DNA from: Vicugna vicugna
Lineage: Eukaryota
Length of the DNA stretch: 64,000 nt
NCBI GenBank assembly: GCA_013265495.1
Contig: MU058844.1
Coordinates: 1-64,000 of the forward strand
Reading direction: 5' to 3'
Below are positions 1 through 13,944 of this stretch, in pieces; position 1 is the stretch's first letter, and each line of letters begins with the position of its first letter. Under the pieces are notes generated by a model. It ran no database searches, was not told where the DNA came from, and saw only the letters and a program-made list of their open reading frames with translations. The position numbers and the translations under genes are program-made.

Positions 1-3000
1 AAAGGCAAAAATACAGTAAAGGTAGCAGATCAATCACTTATAAAGCTATAAGGCTTGTTAAAAGACAAAAGGAGTAAAATCATCTATGTTTACAATAAGC
101 AGTTAAGGGAAACACAAAATAAAAAGATATAAAGTATAATGTCAAGAACATTATGGGTGAAGAGTAGAAAAGCAAGGCTGTTAGAATGTATTTAAACTTA
201 AGAGATCATCAACTTAAAATAATTGTGTGTGTGTGTGTATGTTGTTATATGTGAACCTCACAGTAAACTCAAACCAAAAATCTGTAAACATACACATACC
301 AAAAAGAGAAAGGAATTCAAACATAACGTGAAAGATTAGTCATCAAATCATAAGGGAAGGGAGCAAAAGAGAGAAAGAACGAACTACAAAACTAACCAGA
401 AAATAATTAACAAAACAGCAATAAGTGCATACCTATCAATTATAACTTTAAATGTAAATGGACTAAATGCTCCAATCAAAAGACAAAGAGTGACTGAATG
501 GATTAAAGAAAACACCACCCTTAAATATGCTGCCTACAAGAGACTTACTTCTGATCTAAAGACAGAGAATGAAAGTAAGGAGATGGGAAAAAGTATTTAT
601 GCAAATGCAAATGAAAAGAAAGCTGAGGTAGCAATACTTATATCAGACAGAATATACTGTAAAACAAAGGCTGTAACAAGAGACAGAGTATTACATAATA
701 ATAAAGGATTCAGTTCAACAAGAAGGTATAACAATTGTAAATATATACCCAACACAGAAGCACCTAAATACATAAAGATTAACAAACAAAGGGAGAAATT
801 GCCAGTAACACAATAATAGTAGGGGACTTAAAACTCCACTTACATCAATTGACAGATTATCCAGACAAAATATCAATAAGGAAACATTGACCTTAAATGA
901 CACATTAGACCAAATGACCTTAATAGATATATATGGAACTTTCCATCCAAAAGCAGCAGAATACACATTCTTTTCAAGTACATGCAGAACATTCTCCAGG
1001 ACAAATCACATATTGGGCCAAAAAACAAGTCTCCAAGAATTTTACAAGACTGAAAGCATATCAAGCATCTTTTCTGACCACAGCGGCATGAGACTAGAAA
1101 CCAGCTACAAGAAAAAAAACTGCAAAAAACACAAAGATGTGGAGGCTAAACAATATGCTACTAAACAATCAGTGGGTCACTAGAAAAATCAAAGAGGAGA
1201 TTAAAAAAATCTGGAAACAAATGAAAATGGAAACACAATGATCAAAAACCTATAAACAGCAAAAGCAGTTCTAAAAGGGGAGTTTATAAAGATACAAACC
1301 TACCTCAGGAAACAAGAAAAATCTCAAAGAAACAACTTAACCTTACACCTAAAGGAACTAGAAAAAGAAGAACAAGCAAAACCCAAAGTTAGTAGAAGGA
1401 AAGAAATCATAAATATCAGAGCAGAAATAAATAAAATAGAGACTAAAAAAAATCAATGAAACTAAGAGCTGGTTCTTTGGAGAGATCAACAAAATTGATA
1501 AACATTTAGCCAGCCTCTTTGAGAGAAAAAGAGAGACAGCCCAAATAAATAAAATTAAAAATGAAAGAGGAGAAGTTACAACCAACATCACAGAAATAAA
1601 AAAGAATCACATCAATTATTGTTAAAAATTTATATACCTATAAAATTGACAATTGATAAAATCAAAAATGAGAAAGAAGTTACAACTGATATCATATAAA
1701 TACAAAGGATTGTTAAGAGATTACCACAAACAATTATACACCAACAAATAAAAATTGGAAAACCTAGAAGGAACTGATAAATTCCTAGAAATAAATAATC
1801 TCCCAAGACTGAACCAGGAAGAAATAGAAAATATGAACAATTACCAGCAATGAAATTGAATCAATAATTAAAAAACCAAATCCCTAACAAACAAAAGTCC
1901 AGGACCAGATGGTTTCACTGGTGAATTCCACTAAATATTTAGAGAAAGAGTTAACGTCTATCTTTCTGAAACTATTCTAATAAATTACAGAGGAAAGAAC
2001 ACTTCCAAACTCATTCTACGAGATGTCACCCTGATACCAAAACCAGACAAGGGCATCACAGAAAAAGAAAATTACAGATCAACATCACTGATGAACATAG
2101 ATGCAAAAGTCCTCAACAAAACACTAGCAAACCAAATCCAACAATAGATTATAAGAATCATACACCATGATCAAGTGGGATTTATCTCAGGAATGCAAGG
2201 AATTTTCATTATCTGCAAATCAATCAATGTGATACACCATGTTAAAAAACTGAAGAATAAAAACCATATGATCATCTCAATAGATGCAGAAAAAGCTTTT
2301 GACAAAATTCAATATTCATCTATGGCAAAAACTCTCAACAAAGTAGATACAAAGGAAATATACCTCAACTTAAGGTAATTTACAGATTCAACACAATTCT
2401 TAATAATAAAGGCCATATATGACAGACTTACAGTCAATATTTTACTCAATGGTGAAAAGCTGAAGCATTTCCTCTAAGATCAGGAAAAAGACAAGGATGC
2501 CCACTCTCAGCACTTTTATTCAACATAGTTTTGCAAGTCCTAGCCACAGCAATCAGAGAAGAAAAGGAAATAAAAGGAATCCAAACTGGAAAGGAAGAAG
2601 TAAAAATATCAGTTTACAGATACTATGATGCTATAGAGAGAGAACCCTAAGGATTCCACCAGAAAACTATTACAACTAATAAATGAATTCATTAAAGTTG
2701 CGGGATACAAAGTTAATATACAGAAATATGCTGCATTTCTATATAATTAACAACAAACTAGCAGAAAAAGAAATAAGAAAACAATCCCACTTACAACTCT
2801 GTCCAAAAGAATAAAATATCTAAGAATAAATCAAACCAAGGAGGTAAAGACCTGTAGTTAGTAAACTATAAGACACTCATAAAAAGAAACTGAAGATAAC
2901 ACAAACAAATGGAAAGACATATCATGCTCATAGATCAGAAGACTTAATATTGTTCAAATGACCATACAACCTAAGGTAATTTACAGATTCAACACAATTC

Positions 3001-4480
3001 CTATCAAAATACCAATGGCATTTTTCACAAAACTAGAACAAATAATTATACATTTTTAATGGAAACACAAAAGACCGTAAATAGCCAAAACAATCTTGAG
3101 GAAGAAGAACAAAGCTAGGGGTATAATATTCCCTGATAGCAAACTAAACTACAAAACTACAGTAATCAAAATAATACGGTGTTGGCACAAAAATGGACAC
3201 ATAGATCAATGGAACAAAATAGCCCAAAAATGAACCCCTTCTTAACACAGTCAATTAATCTAGGATAAAGGATGCAAGAATCAACAGAAGAGCAGCCTTC
3301 TAAATGGGAGAAGATATTTCCAAATGATATATCCAATAAGGGGTTAATATCCAAATATACAAAGAAGTCATATAACTCAACATTAAAAAAAAAAACCACC
3401 TAATTAAAAACTGGGCAAAGGACCTAAATAGACATTTTTCCAAAGAAGGCATACATATGGCAAATAGACTCATGAAAAGATACTCAACATCAGAGAAATG
3501 CAAATCAAAACCACAATGAGATATTAACTCACATTTCATAAAATGGCTATTATCAAAAAGAGAACACATAGTAAGTATTGGCAAGGAGGAGGAGAAAAGG
3601 GAGCCCTCATGTGCTGTTGCTAGAAATGTAAACTGATGTAGATGCTATGGAAAATAATATGGAGGTTTTTCAAAAAATTAAAAATAACCTAAAACAACCT
3701 AAGGAAATTTACATATGATTCAGCAATTCCACTTCTGGGCATTTTTCTGAAGATAACAAAACACTAATTTGAAAAGATATATGCACCCCTGTGTTCACTG
3801 CAGCATTAACAATAGGCAGGATATGGAAGTAGTAAGTGTCTATCGATAGACAAAGAAGCAGTGTTTATTGACACAACACTGTAAAATGATTATGAATCAA
3901 TAAAAAATGTAAAAACAAAAAAAGAAATATTTCTAAGGCAAAAAAAAAAGTGGTGTTTATGGGTGTGTGTGTGTGTGTGTGTGTCATCCACACACAATCA
4001 AACATTACTCATCCATAAAACAGAAAGAAATCTTGCCATTTGTGACAACATGGATGGAATCAGAGAGTATTATACTAAATGAAATAAGTCAGCCAGAAAG
4101 TCAAATACTGTATGATTTCACTTACATGTGGAATCTAAAAAAACAGGACAAATGTGTAAACATAATTAAACAGAAAAAGAGTCATAAATACAGAGAACAA
4201 ACAGGTAGTTTGCCAGAGGGGAGGGGTGTGGGGGAAAGAGAAATAGATGAAGGAGATTAACAGGTATAATCTCCCAGTTATTAAAAAAAAAAAAGTCATG
4301 GAGATGTAACGTACAGCATAGGGATTGTAGTCAATAATACAGTAACTTTGTATGTTGACAGACGGTAATTAGATTTATTGTGGTGATCATTTTGTAACAT
4401 ATAAAAATACTGAATCACTATGTTGCACACCTGACACTAATATAATAAGTCAATTGTATTTCAATTAAAAAAGAAAAGAA
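1..4480 (+). mobile_element. Decayed L1 (inter-ORF region, ORF2 EN-RT, 3' UTR, poly-A)
   Basis: ORF2 start reads ITLNVNGLNAPIKRQRVTEWI (~440-505); RT motif [16 protein letters not shown] in ORF 2175-2378; A-rich tail ~4466-4482; many stops and frameshifts; internal deletion near 3290. Confidence 0.95.
3869..3949 (+). mobile_element. Very short 3' tip of a younger camelid-type L1 inserted into the older L1
   Basis: tgacacaacactgtaaaatgattat matches L1 3' ends at ~38275 and ~50007; flanked by gtgtttat repeats (3861-3868, 3953-3960). Confidence 0.7.
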
Positions 4481-4499
4481 AACAATGAAAATTAGTCTA

Positions 4500-5458
4500 C
4501 TTTTAACATAAGCATGAGACTACTAAAGAAAAATTTATACTTGCAATAGTCTGTTATTTAAGAAAACATTTGCCAAATGTAGTTCTTGTCTTAAGAAATT
4601 AGAAAACAAGAAAATAAAGCAAAACTGAATTAATATAAAGTTGAAATCAGAAAACAAAATAGTAGTAAAAGGAGAATTAAATTCAAAAGCTACTCTTGAT
4701 TAATAAAATAGAGATACAACTCAGGTGTGATAATGAAAAAGTATAAAAATTTACAACTTGATATAATTGCAGATACAAATAAACCAAATATAATTATAAT
4801 AGAATGTACTTGCAACTCTTTGGTAATATATTTGAAAACCTATAGTAAACAAAGAATTTTCCTATAAATTTTAAGTTCTCAAAAGTGACCCAAGAAGGAG
4901 TGGAAAACTTTAATAGTTTAATTATCACAGAAATGTTTGGATAAATGGTTAATAAGAAATTATTTACAAAGTCACCTGGACCAGACAATTTCACACCTGA
5001 GTTCTGGGTAGCTTTAAAGAATCAATAATCCCAATAAATTATTAAAGTCATAAAGATGAAGGTTAAAAACTTTCCAATTCCCCTTATGAAGCCTGCATAA
5101 TTTAATACCCAAACCTGAAAATGAACCAGAAAAGATTTCTAATTAATCACACTGACAAATATAGATGCTAACATTCTACATTTTATTAAATATAATTCAG
5201 TGGATTTTAACATACTCAATTCTAGAAATTTAAAGCTGAATATGGGAAAATTTATAAATACTACATCAACAAATTAAAGGAAGAAAACCATTCCGTCAAA
5301 TCAATGGATGCTATAAAGGCTTTGGATACATTCAGCAACTATTTCTTAAAATACACATATACATATAGTAAAATAGGAACAGAAGGAAACTATTTCTATT
5401 ACAATAAAGTTTGGGCATAAAAAATCAGCAGCAGATAAAGTTCTAAATGGTGAAATGT
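4500..5458 (+). mobile_element. Ancient L1M-type ORF2 fragment (part 1)
   Basis: Degenerate ORF2 sequence (aagtcacctggaccagacaatttcaca; atggatgctataaaggcttttggatacattc); resumes at ~7590 after a MaLR insertion. Confidence 0.75.
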
Positions 5459-7560
5459 TATGGGAGATTGTACTCTTGTTATTTATCTTGTTCTTCATTG
5501 TTGCCTTCCCTACAAGAGGATTAGTCTTCCCTATCTTATTAGTATTATGACATCATGGGGGAAAGTTTTGGCCATTTGATGTGCTTTGGCCAATGAATGT
5601 GAAAGGAAGTGACATATGTCACTTTGGATCTGATGCTGTAAGGACCATTGATATTCTTCCTGTTACAACAGTGGGAAATGTCAGTGAGAAGATGGGTCCT
5701 TAGGCTGGATCCCAGAATGAATAGATACAAAATCAGAGCCACAGCTGACCCACAGCCAATCTATTAAACAAGTAAAAAACAAAACTTTGTTGTTGTAAGT
5801 CACTGAGATTTGGAGGTTGTTATCACAATATCATATAGCAAAAGCTAAATAATATAAAAGTTACACCAGGAGTAGAGTGATACCAAAAACAAAAAAACAA
5901 TCCACCAAGAAAACTTAAAATATAGGACCCCAGCTCTCAGGGCCAGGTAGTTATGGCAAGGAAATTGTCATCAGAGGTTGGAAAGATGGTGGTTCATATT
6001 CCATAGTGGTGAAACATTCTCAGAATGTTACCAGTGGTGTCTCAGAAGGCAGAAAATGTACAAAATGAGTTTATGGATTTATGTGAAGAAGCAAAACACT
6101 GCTGGTATACATTGGTGGCTGTCATCCATGTCTGACAAATTATTTCTAGAATGAGGTGAACTCAGGAAAGAATTGGCAGATTTGCAACCATGTTTGGAAA
6201 ATAGAATTGTTTATGATCTCCAACCAGTATAAAATCAAGTTGAGAAACACTCTGAGCAACAAAGGCCAATTAAGATAGTTCTGTGAAAAGAATCAAATCA
6301 AGACTATGGCCATCAAATCTTCTGTGAAGTCTTCTGAATCAATTAAGGTGGTGTATATAGTTGGAAAAAAAATGGCTCAGGGAAAAATGACTATTTCATT
6401 ACACTCCTGTAGAAGTCTGTAAGCTCAAATTACTCTGAATAAGCAAGACAAAATTGGGCAACATTTTTGGGAAAGATGTACTGCCAAAAGAGCCACTGAC
6501 TTAGTCAGTGACTATTCAAGACTTGAAACAACTTTTGGGCCTCCAAGCTTCTGTGGACAGAAAGCAAGATGAAAAAAGGTGCTGAGCCCCAAGGGAGAAT
6601 ATATTCACCAGTTCCCTTTAAAAGTGATCAAGAGGGATAACAGAAATAGGAAGACCTCTGAGAGGACAGAGCCTCTCAAATGAAAAGCAATGGGCTGGAA
6701 AGCTACTTATAGGGAACAAAGGTGACGTTTAATCAAGAACTTGCCCTCTACCCAGGATTTAAGGTCCCTGTAGCATTTCTTGTATGGAATTTTGAAATAG
6801 CTTTGGATCTGTGACCACTATATATCTTCTCCCTTCTCAATGGGATTATGAATAGAGGTTGTCCCATCTCTGTTTTCTACCATTGTATAGTAGAAGCATA
6901 CAGGGCGTACACACAGTAATAGAGAGAGGGTAGATTCCTTTTTGTAGTTTTTAGGCTTCAAGATCAAGAGGAGTCATATCTAAATGTGATGTGGGGACTA
7001 TTATCAGATCTTTTTTCCCCTCCTTTTTCAGTTTTATTAGGTAGAACTATTACAGTTTGACTGTATAACCAAATCTTGAATAGACTTGTTAATCATAATT
7101 AGATGAGACTTTGGGGAATGAATGGGTATGTTCATTTTGTGAATGAAAGGGAGGAAAGAAAATATTTTTGACCCTGGGGGTAGATATGGTAGATTGTATT
7201 ACTGTTTCCAGTTATTTGCTGCTCTCCCTGCTTGAGTTATTCTTTTACATGACATTGACATTAAGCTTGGCCTTGTGACTTGCTATGGCCCATGAATGTG
7301 AGTAGAAATGAAGTATGTCATTTCTGAGAAGAAGCAGTAAGAACCATCTCCTTGCATGGCCATGCTCTTTCCTTTCTATTACAGAATGGAAGATCCCAGA
7401 GAGATGCCCTCTCTTTAGTTTAGATCCAGAAAAAAAGACTCGTGGAACAGAACCACAACCTGTTAGCAAACAGTATGTTATGTGAGTTAAAGATAAACTT
7501 GTGTTACTATAAGATCTCAATATTTTAGAGTTATTTTGTTGTTGCAGCATAATTAATCAT
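5459..7560 (+). mobile_element. MaLR (MLT1-type) element: LTR-internal-LTR
   Basis: Two related LTR-like blocks (~5459-5850, ~7186-7560) share motifs such as ggcc(a/c)atgaatgtga...aagt..atgtca and gtaagtcactgagatttgg, and bracket ~1.3 kb of internal-type sequence. Confidence 0.75.
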
Positions 7561-7589
7561 ATGGCATGAATACATTTGTATTTATGTGA

Positions 7590-8153
7590 TTAAAACTATT
7601 TCCATTAAAATCAACAGCAAGACAGGAATGCCTACTATCACCATTACTGTTCAAAATTATCTGGAGAATCTATTAATTAAATAAACATAAAATACACTGT
7701 ATAAATATGGAAAAAAGAGCTGAAATTTTCTGCTGATAATATCACTTCATACCTGCTATCACCATGAAATTCTAATGAAAAAACAAGTGGAAGTAATAAA
7801 ATAATTCAATAAACTAGGTGGATAAAAATAAAGATATAAAATCATTAGCTTTTTCTATATAAGCAACACCCATATAAACATGGAAATGAGGAAAATATTC
7901 CATTCATAATAGTGACAAAAATCATAAAATAGGAATAAATTATATGAGAAAGGAAGAGGATTTCTATAAAATCCTACTGGAGGGAAAAATTTGATCTGAA
8001 TGACTAGAAATCTATCTATACTATGTTCTTGAAAAGGAATACTTATTATTATAAAAAATCTGTTCTCCCGAACAGATATAAATTTGGCGTCACTCCAATA
8101 GTATCCCAATGATATTTTTTATTGGGTAAAATGCTCAGTTTAGATAAATAAAG
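7590..8153 (+). mobile_element. Ancient L1M-type ORF2 fragment (part 2)
   Basis: caagacaggaatgcctactatcaccattactgttcaa continues ORF2 from where part 1 stops. Confidence 0.7.
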
Positions 8154-8165
8154 AATGGTGGTATT

Positions 8166-11100
8166 GGTGGGTGGAGATCAAGACAGTGGAATAGAAGGAC
8201 ATCACCTCCTCCCATAAGTACACCAAAAATATATCTTCATGTGGAACAGGTATTCTCACAGAATACCTACTGAAGTCTGGCGATGATCTCATATAATCAA
8301 AACTACAAGAAAGATCACTGTGGGTAAGATGAGGGGGAAAAAAGGAACTAGGACAGAATCTGTGCCTCCAGAAGGGGGCTGTGAAAGAGAAAAGATCCCT
8401 TATCCTGGGAACCTCCTTCACTGGCTGAGAGATCAGCTGGGACACACAGGTCCAGCTTCAGAGGCTCAGAGAAGAGAGCAGCAGCCAGCTTGCAACGGGC
8501 AGAACAGAGAGAGACCAGCACAGATGGTCTGTGCTACCTCCCTGCACTCCCTAGCCTGAGATGTGCGTCTGCTGGCTCTTGCTTGGGTTAGGTGCTGAAA
8601 CTCGGACAGACCTGGGGAGAGGACTCCGGTTGGCTGCATGGAGACAGCCTGAAGAGGCTGGAGTGTGGGGTAGGCTGCAACTGGGAGTGTGTGCAATGGA
8701 GCCAGGGTTCACCAGAAAAAGCCCCATTGTTAACACATACATGTGAACAGAAGGGCAGGACTCTGCCATGGCAGCCTCATTCTTGGTGTGCACATAGTGG
8801 GCGTGGCTGTGCCTCTAGACACTCTAGCAGGCTGCCCCTAAGTGGAGGCAGGGCTGAAATCTGAGCCATGGCATAGGCAGTTTTGGCAGCTTTAAGTGGT
8901 TGGTGCATTTGTAAGCTCAGGGCCTGTAGGACATCCTAGCAGATCACTGGTGCATGGCTGGGCAGGTCCAGTGTGGGTAGCTCTAGGTGGAGGCAGGGCT
9001 GGGGTCTGGGCTGACTCTTTATGTCCCATAGTGGTCCAGATGGGCAACTACATGCAACTACAGCAGATCCTGGTGTCTGATGTCAAAAGATCTGAGCTGG
9101 TGACTTTGTGAGCATAGTACCTGAAGAACATCCAGGCTGACTGCCTGCATCCCCACAGCTGGGGCAGGGCCAAGGGCAATGCTAACAGTATACTTTGTGA
9201 GACCACACAATGCATGAAAGGTGACACCACAGAGTGTACTTCCTGGTGGACAGCTCCCATGGAGGAAGACTCAGTAGCTCCTCTCCCAGCAAAAGTGCTC
9301 CAGTCCTGCCTACCCCACACCACAGCTCAGAAATGGATCTGGGGGCTTCTACTCCAACAACTGAGCAGCAGACCCAGGCCCTGACAGGGCTGTGATAACC
9401 ACAGAGCAAAGAGGAGGCCCCATTCAACATCCACTGCAGGCTCTGGTCACCACAACAATAATCGTACCCCCTAACAAGGGGATAATGGACAGCACAAATA
9501 GAGGAAAGACATGGGAACCATCCATACTAATAACAGCCCTTGCCAAAAAAATTAGACTCACACAGGCTACACAGGGATGCTGCCACATAAAAACAGCCCT
9601 TTAAGGTCACAGTAGGTAACTATTACTTCTAAATCCATAGAGTCAGAGAAATATGAGTAAAATGAAAGAGCAGAGGAACCATTCCCAATTAAAATAACAA
9701 GAGAAATCCCCTGAAAGAACAATGAAACAGATCTCTCCAATCTATCAGATTCTGAGTTCAAAAAGGAGTTAATCAAAACTGAAGGAATTAAGAAAGGCTA
9801 TTAGTAGAAATGCAGATCACTGTACCAAGAAACTATAAAGAGAACTCAATTAAAATTAGAGATTCATTTGCCAAGACAAAAGCTGAGCTAAAGGCAATAA
9901 ATAGTAAACTAAATAATGCAGAAGAACAAATAAGTAATCTGGAAGATAGAATAATGGAAATCACCCAATGATACAAGAAGGGAATATTACCCTCATTAAC
10001 ACACATGCACCCAATATAGGAGCACTTAAATACATAAAACAAATACTAACAGACATATAGGGAGAAATTAATGGGAATACAATAATAGTAGGAGATTTTA
10101 ACACCCCACTAACATTAATGGACAAATCTTCAAGACAGAAAATCAATAAGGCAACAGAGATCCTAAATGACACAATAGATCTGTTAGACTTAGTTGACAT
10201 TTTCAGGAGATTACATCCTTGAAAAAAACCAGAATATACATTCTTTTCATGAGCACATGGAACATTCTCTAGGATAGACCACATACTAAGAAATATGGAC
10301 TCAACAAAATTAAGAGGATAGGAATTATCTTAAGCATCTTTTCTAACTATAACGGCATGAAACTAGAAACCACAGGAAGAGAAATGAAAAAAAAAAGCAT
10401 TGCATGAAGGCTAAACCACATGCTATTTAAAACTCAGTGGGTCAAAGATGAAATCAAAGATGAAATTAAAAGATACCTTGAGACAAATGACAATGAAAAC
10501 ATAATTATACAAAATCTATGGGATACAGCAAAAGCAGTCTTAAGAGGAAAGTTCATAGAGATACAGGCCTTCCTCAAAAAAACAAGTAAAATCTGAAGTA
10601 AACAACCTAACCTACCACCTTTAAAATAATTAGAAAAAGAAGAACAAACAAAACTTAAGGTCAGCAGAAGAAAGGAAATAAGAAAGATCAGAGAGGAAAT
10701 AAATAAAATAGAGATTAAAAGAACAACAGAAAAAAAATCAATCAAACCAAGAGCTGATTTTTTTGAAAGGGTAAACAAAAGCAACAAACCTCTGGTCAGG
10801 CTCACCAAGAAGAGAGGACTCAAATAAACAAAATAAGAAATGAAAGTTTCAGGAGAAATTGCAACTGATACCACAGAAATACAAAAAACTGTAACAGAAT
10901 ACTATGATTAATCATATGCCAACAAACTGGACAACCTAGAAGAAATGGACAAGTTTCTACAAACATATAGTCCACCAAAACTGGATCAAGAAGAAATAGA
11001 TAACTTGAACAGACCAATCACTAGAAGTGAAACAAATCTGTAATTAAAAACACTACAGACAAAAGTCCAGGACCAAATGGCTTCACTGGGAAATTTTACC

Positions 11101-13932
11101 AAACATACAAAGAACTTATACCAATCCCTTCTCAAACTTTTCCAAAAGACTAAAGAGGAGGGAACACTCCCAAACTCATTCTGTGAAGCCACCATCACCC
11201 TGATACCAAAACCAAAGATACCACCAAAAAAGAAAATTACACGCCAATATCTTTGATGAACTTAGATGCAAAAATTCTCAACAAAATGTTAGCAAACCAA
11301 ATCCAACAACACATAAAAGAAGATCATACACTATGATCAAGTTGGATTCATCCCTGGGTCACAAGGATGGTTCAAAATACACAAATCAATCAATGTGACA
11401 TACCACATCAAAAAGAAAGGACAAAAACCACATGATTATCTCAACAGATGCAGAAAATGCATTTGATAAAACTCCATATCTATTCATGATTTTAAAAACT
11501 CTTACCAAAGTGGGTATAGAGGGAACATATCTCAACATAACAAAGGCTACTTATGACAAACCCACAGCCAACTGAATTGTGAAAAGCTGAAAGCCTTCCT
11601 GCTGAAATCTGGAACAAGCAAGGATGCCCACTCTCATCACTTTTATTCAACATAGTACTGGAAGTCCTAGCCATAGAAGTTAGACAAGAAAAAGATATAA
11701 AGAGATCCAAATTGGAAGGGAAGAGGTAAAATTGCCACTCTATGCAGATGATGTGATACTGTATACAGAAAACCCTATAGACTCCACACCAAAACTACTG
11801 GTGCTGTTAAACAAATTCAGGAAGGTAGCAGGATACAAGATTAACATACAGAACTCTGTTGCATTTCTTTACACTAACAATGAAATATCAGAAAAGGAAA
11901 GTTAAAAAAATCCCTTTTAAAATCACATCAAAGAAGAAAATAAAATACTTAAGAATAAACCTGATCAAGATGAAAAGACTTACATGCTGAGAACTATAAA
12001 GTACTGATAAAGTAAACTGAAGATGATTTTAAGAAATGCAAAGACAGTCCAGGCTCTCGGATTGGAATAATTAATACTGTTAAAATGGCCATACTGACCA
12101 AAGTAACCTACATATTTAATGTGATCCCTATCAAATTACCCAGGACATTTTTCATAGAACCAGAACAAATAATCCTAAAATTTATATGGATTCACAAAGA
12201 CCCAGAATTACCAAAGCAATACTGAAGAAAAAGAACAAAGCTGGAGGAATAACCCTCCCAGACTTTAGACAATACTACAGAGCTACAGTATAAAAATAAT
12301 GTGGTATTGGCACAAAAAAAGACATATAGATCAATGGAATAGAATAGAGAGATAATAAAACCAGAAATATATCCTCACATCTACAGTCAATTAATCTTCG
12401 ACAAAGGAGGCAAGAATATACAATGGAGAAAAGACAGCCTCTTCAGCAAGTGGTGTTGGGAAAGTTGGACAGCCAGATATAAATCAATGAAGTTAGAATG
12501 CTCCCTCACACCAGACACAAAATAAACTCAAAACGGCTTAAAGACTTAAACTTAAGATAGGACACCATAAATCTCCTAAAAGAGAACATAGGCAAAACAT
12601 TCTCTGTCAATTGTAGCCATGTTTTCCTAGGTCAGTTTACCAAGGCAATAGAAATAAAAGCGAAAGTAAACAAATGAGACCTAATTAAGCTTATAAGCTT
12701 TTGTGTAGCAAAGGAAACCATAAACAAAACAAGACAACCTATGGAATGGGAAAACATATTTGCAAACTACGTGACTGACAAGGGCTTTACTTCCAGAATA
12801 TACAAGCAGTTCATACAACTCAATAACAAAAAAACAAACAACCCAATCCAAAAACGGGGAGAAGACCTACATAAACACTTCTCCAAAGAAGACAAACAGA
12901 TGGCCAATAGGCACATGAAAGGATGTGCAACATCACTATCAGAGAAATGTAAATCAAAACTACAATAAGGTATCGCCTCACACTAGTCAGAATGGCCATC
13001 ATTAAAAAGTCCACAAATGATAAATGCTATAAAGGGTGTGGAGAAAAGGGACCCCTCCTTCCTACACTGTTGGTGAGAATGTAATTTGGTACAACCACTA
13101 TGGAAACAGTATGGAGGTTCCTTAAAAAATTAAAAATAGAGTTATCATCTGATCCAGTAATCCCACTCCTGGGCATGTGTCCAAAGAATACTCCAGTTTG
13201 AAAAAATACACATATCCCAATATTCATAGCAGAACTATTTACAATAGCCAAGACATGGAAACAATCTAAATGTTCATTGACTGATGACTAGATAAAGAGA
13301 TTTTGTGTGTGTGTGTACACCAAGGTGCGCGCGCGCGCACACACACACACACACACACAATGGAATATTACTCAGCTATAAAAAAGAATGAAATAACGCC
13401 ATCTGCAGCAACTTGGATGGACCTAGAGATTATCATACTAAGTGAAGAGAAAGACAAATATACGGTATTACTTAAATGTGAAATGTTAAAAATGGTATCA
13501 ATGAATTTATATACAAAACAAACAGACTCACAGACATAGAAAACAAACTTTACCAAAGTGGAAAGGGTAGGAGAGAGGTAAATTAGGAGTTTAGGATTAG
13601 CAGATACAAACTATTATATACAAAACAGATAGACAACAAGGTCCTACTATAATGAAAAAGAATAGATATATATGTATAATTGAATCACTATGCTGTACAC
13701 CAGAAATTGACACAATATGTAAATCAACTATACTTTGATTAAAAAGATACAAACTACTATATATAAAATAGATAAACAGCAAGATCCTACTGTATAGCAA
13801 AGGAAACTACATTCGATATCTTATAATGACCTATAATGAAAAAAGAATATGAAAAAGAATGTATATGACTAAATCACTATGCTTTACAACAGAAACTAAC
13901 ACAACACTGTAAATCAGCTATATTTCAAAAAA
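8166..13932 (+). mobile_element. 5'-complete L1 with 5' UTR, truncated ORF1 joined to ORF2, and 3' UTR; non-functional
   Basis: 12-bp TSD aatggtggtatt (8154-8165, 13933-13944); GC-rich 5' UTR ~8166-9650; ORF1 start ~9654; RT YADD motif (tatgcagatgat ~11741); stops and frameshifts throughout. Confidence 0.93.
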
Positions 13933-13944
13933 AATGGTGGTATT

